Positions 63,093-64,000 of a stretch of 64,000 bases of DNA are shown piece by piece. Both the position numbers and the translations under genes were made by a program. Position 1 is the first letter of the stretch. The number at the start of each line of letters is the position of its first letter. The DNA is taken from NCBI GenBank assembly GCA_964353355.1, contig CAYGVT010000066.1, positions 9,989-73,988 of the forward strand. Direction: 5' to 3'. Below the pieces are notes generated by a model that made no database searches, was not told where the DNA came from, and saw only the letters and a program-made list of their open reading frames with translations. This DNA is from an uncultured Thermoplasmata archaeon. Lineage in GTDB: Archaea > Thermoplasmatota > DTKX01 > GCA-020343715.

Positions 63093-64000
63093 TCATTCCA
63101 TCGTCAGGTGCGTCTGCTCGCCCACGGTCATCCGCTGGGACCTGCCTCGGACCACCACGCGGTCGGCCAGGACCGAGCCCCTGAGCACCACGTCGGCCAC
63201 CTCGCACCCCTCGCCGACGATGCAGTCCGACAGGACCGAGCCCTCGACGCGTGTGCCGTCGCCCATGGACACGTGGGGCCCGACGACGCTCCTGGCGATG
63301 TGGCACCGCCCCTCGATGGCCACGGGGGGGACGAGCACGGCCTCCTCCAGCACCGCGCCCGAGCTGGGCCAGGAACCAGGGGGGGCGGCGTCCAGCAGAC
63401 GGCGGTTGACGTCCAGGAGCATGTCGGGCCGGCCGCAGTCGTACCAGACCTCGATGGGGAAGGTGCGCAGCACGGCACCACCCTTGACCATGTGGCGCAG
63501 CGCGTCCGTGAGCTGGAACTCGCCGCGCGTGCGCGTGTCGGCCTTGATGAGCCCGTCGACGGCGTCGAAGACGTCGTCCGCGCGCTCGAAGATGTAGACG
63601 CCCGCGATGGCGTGCTCCGAGGGGGGTCGCTCGGGCTTCTCGACCAGGTCCAGCACGCGGCCGTCGGCCGCGAGCTCGACCACGCCGTAGTTGCGGGGGT
63701 CGGGCACCCGCTTGATGCCAACGGAGGCGTCGCACGGCATGTTGGCCGCGTGTGCCTCCAGCATCCTCTGGTAGGGGATGCCGAAGATCTCGTCGCCGAG
63801 GGTGACGATGAGGCCGCCCGCGGGCACATGGCCACGTCCCGCGAGGACGGCGTGGCCCAGGCCCAGCAGCTCGTGCTGGTGCGCGAAGTGGAACGTGAAC
63901 CGGTCGCCGTAGGCCCGCTCGCAGTAGGCCGTGACCTTTTCGGCGTAATGGCCCACGACGACGGTCACGTCGTCCACCACCCCCTCCAGGCGGTCCAGGA
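63093..64000 (-). CDS. sugar-phosphate nucleotidyltransferase with C-terminal left-handed beta-helix (GlmU/RmlA-like); N-terminus beyond window end
   Basis: Nucleotidyltransferase core (GLGHAV..., VVELAADGRVLDLVEKP, GVYIF) plus hexapeptide repeats at the C-terminus. The ORF is open to nt 64000. Confidence 0.78.
   Translation of the reverse strand, partial: LDRLEGVVDDVTVVVGHYAEKVTAYCERAYGDRFTFHFAHQHELLGLGHAVLAGRGHVPAGGLIVTLGDEIFGIPYQRMLEAHAANMPCDASVGIKRVPDPRNYGVVELAADGRVLDLVEKPERPPSEHAIAGVYIFERADDVFDAVDGLIKADTRTRGEFQLTDALRHMVKGGAVLRTFPIEVWYDCGRPDMLLDVNRRLLDAAPPGSWPSSGAVLEEAVLVPPVAIEGRCHIARSVVGPHVSMGDGTRVEGSVLSDCIVGEGCEVADVVLRGSVLADRVVVRGRSQRMTVGEQTHLTME

Overview
The window is high-GC (about 68%) and gene-dense, and its gene content points to an archaeal chromosome rather than a bacterial one. 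Archaeal markers are a full-length MCM replicative helicase, a Sulfolobus-type single-OB SSB, an HMG-CoA synthase/thiolase/DUF35 trio, an AcnX-type phosphomevalonate dehydratase pair, a DUF424 protein, and TATA/BRE-like promoters with leaderless or short-leader starts. The proteins are not haloarchaeal-style acidic.

Main content, in order along the window:
- histidine ammonia-lyase
- a bacterial-type queuosine module: queH on the plus strand and tgt-queA on the minus strand
- several large N-glycosylation-sequon-rich surface proteins, two of which carry a PGP-hydrophobic-Arg C-terminal anchor resembling PGF-CTERM
- an orphan 2-hydroxyacyl-CoA-dehydratase D-subunit plus its activase
- a probable tRNA-Pro(CGG)
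- both early archaeal mevalonate-pathway modules
- PRPP synthetase and MTAP
- an 11.6 kb heterodisulfide-reductase-like cluster: hdrC-hdrB-hdrA(double)-mvhD(wHTH)-hdrA(double)-hdrA-mvhD-frhB-like, with a GcvH-like lipoyl protein encoded divergently upstream
- a folate one-carbon module: gcvH, a 1201-aa SHMT-GcvT-GcvT fusion and folC
- thioredoxin, an M50 site-2 protease and a sugar nucleotidyltransferase (truncated at the window end)

No CRISPR arrays, rRNA genes, transposases or integrases were seen. Many long antisense ORFs in the track are GC-bias artefacts and were not called. The most unusual items are the Hdr cluster architecture, the SHMT-GcvT fusion and the queuosine genes in an archaeal context. 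Gene starts are approximate in several places (GTG/TTG starts are frequent) and all functions are inferred from motifs recognised by eye.
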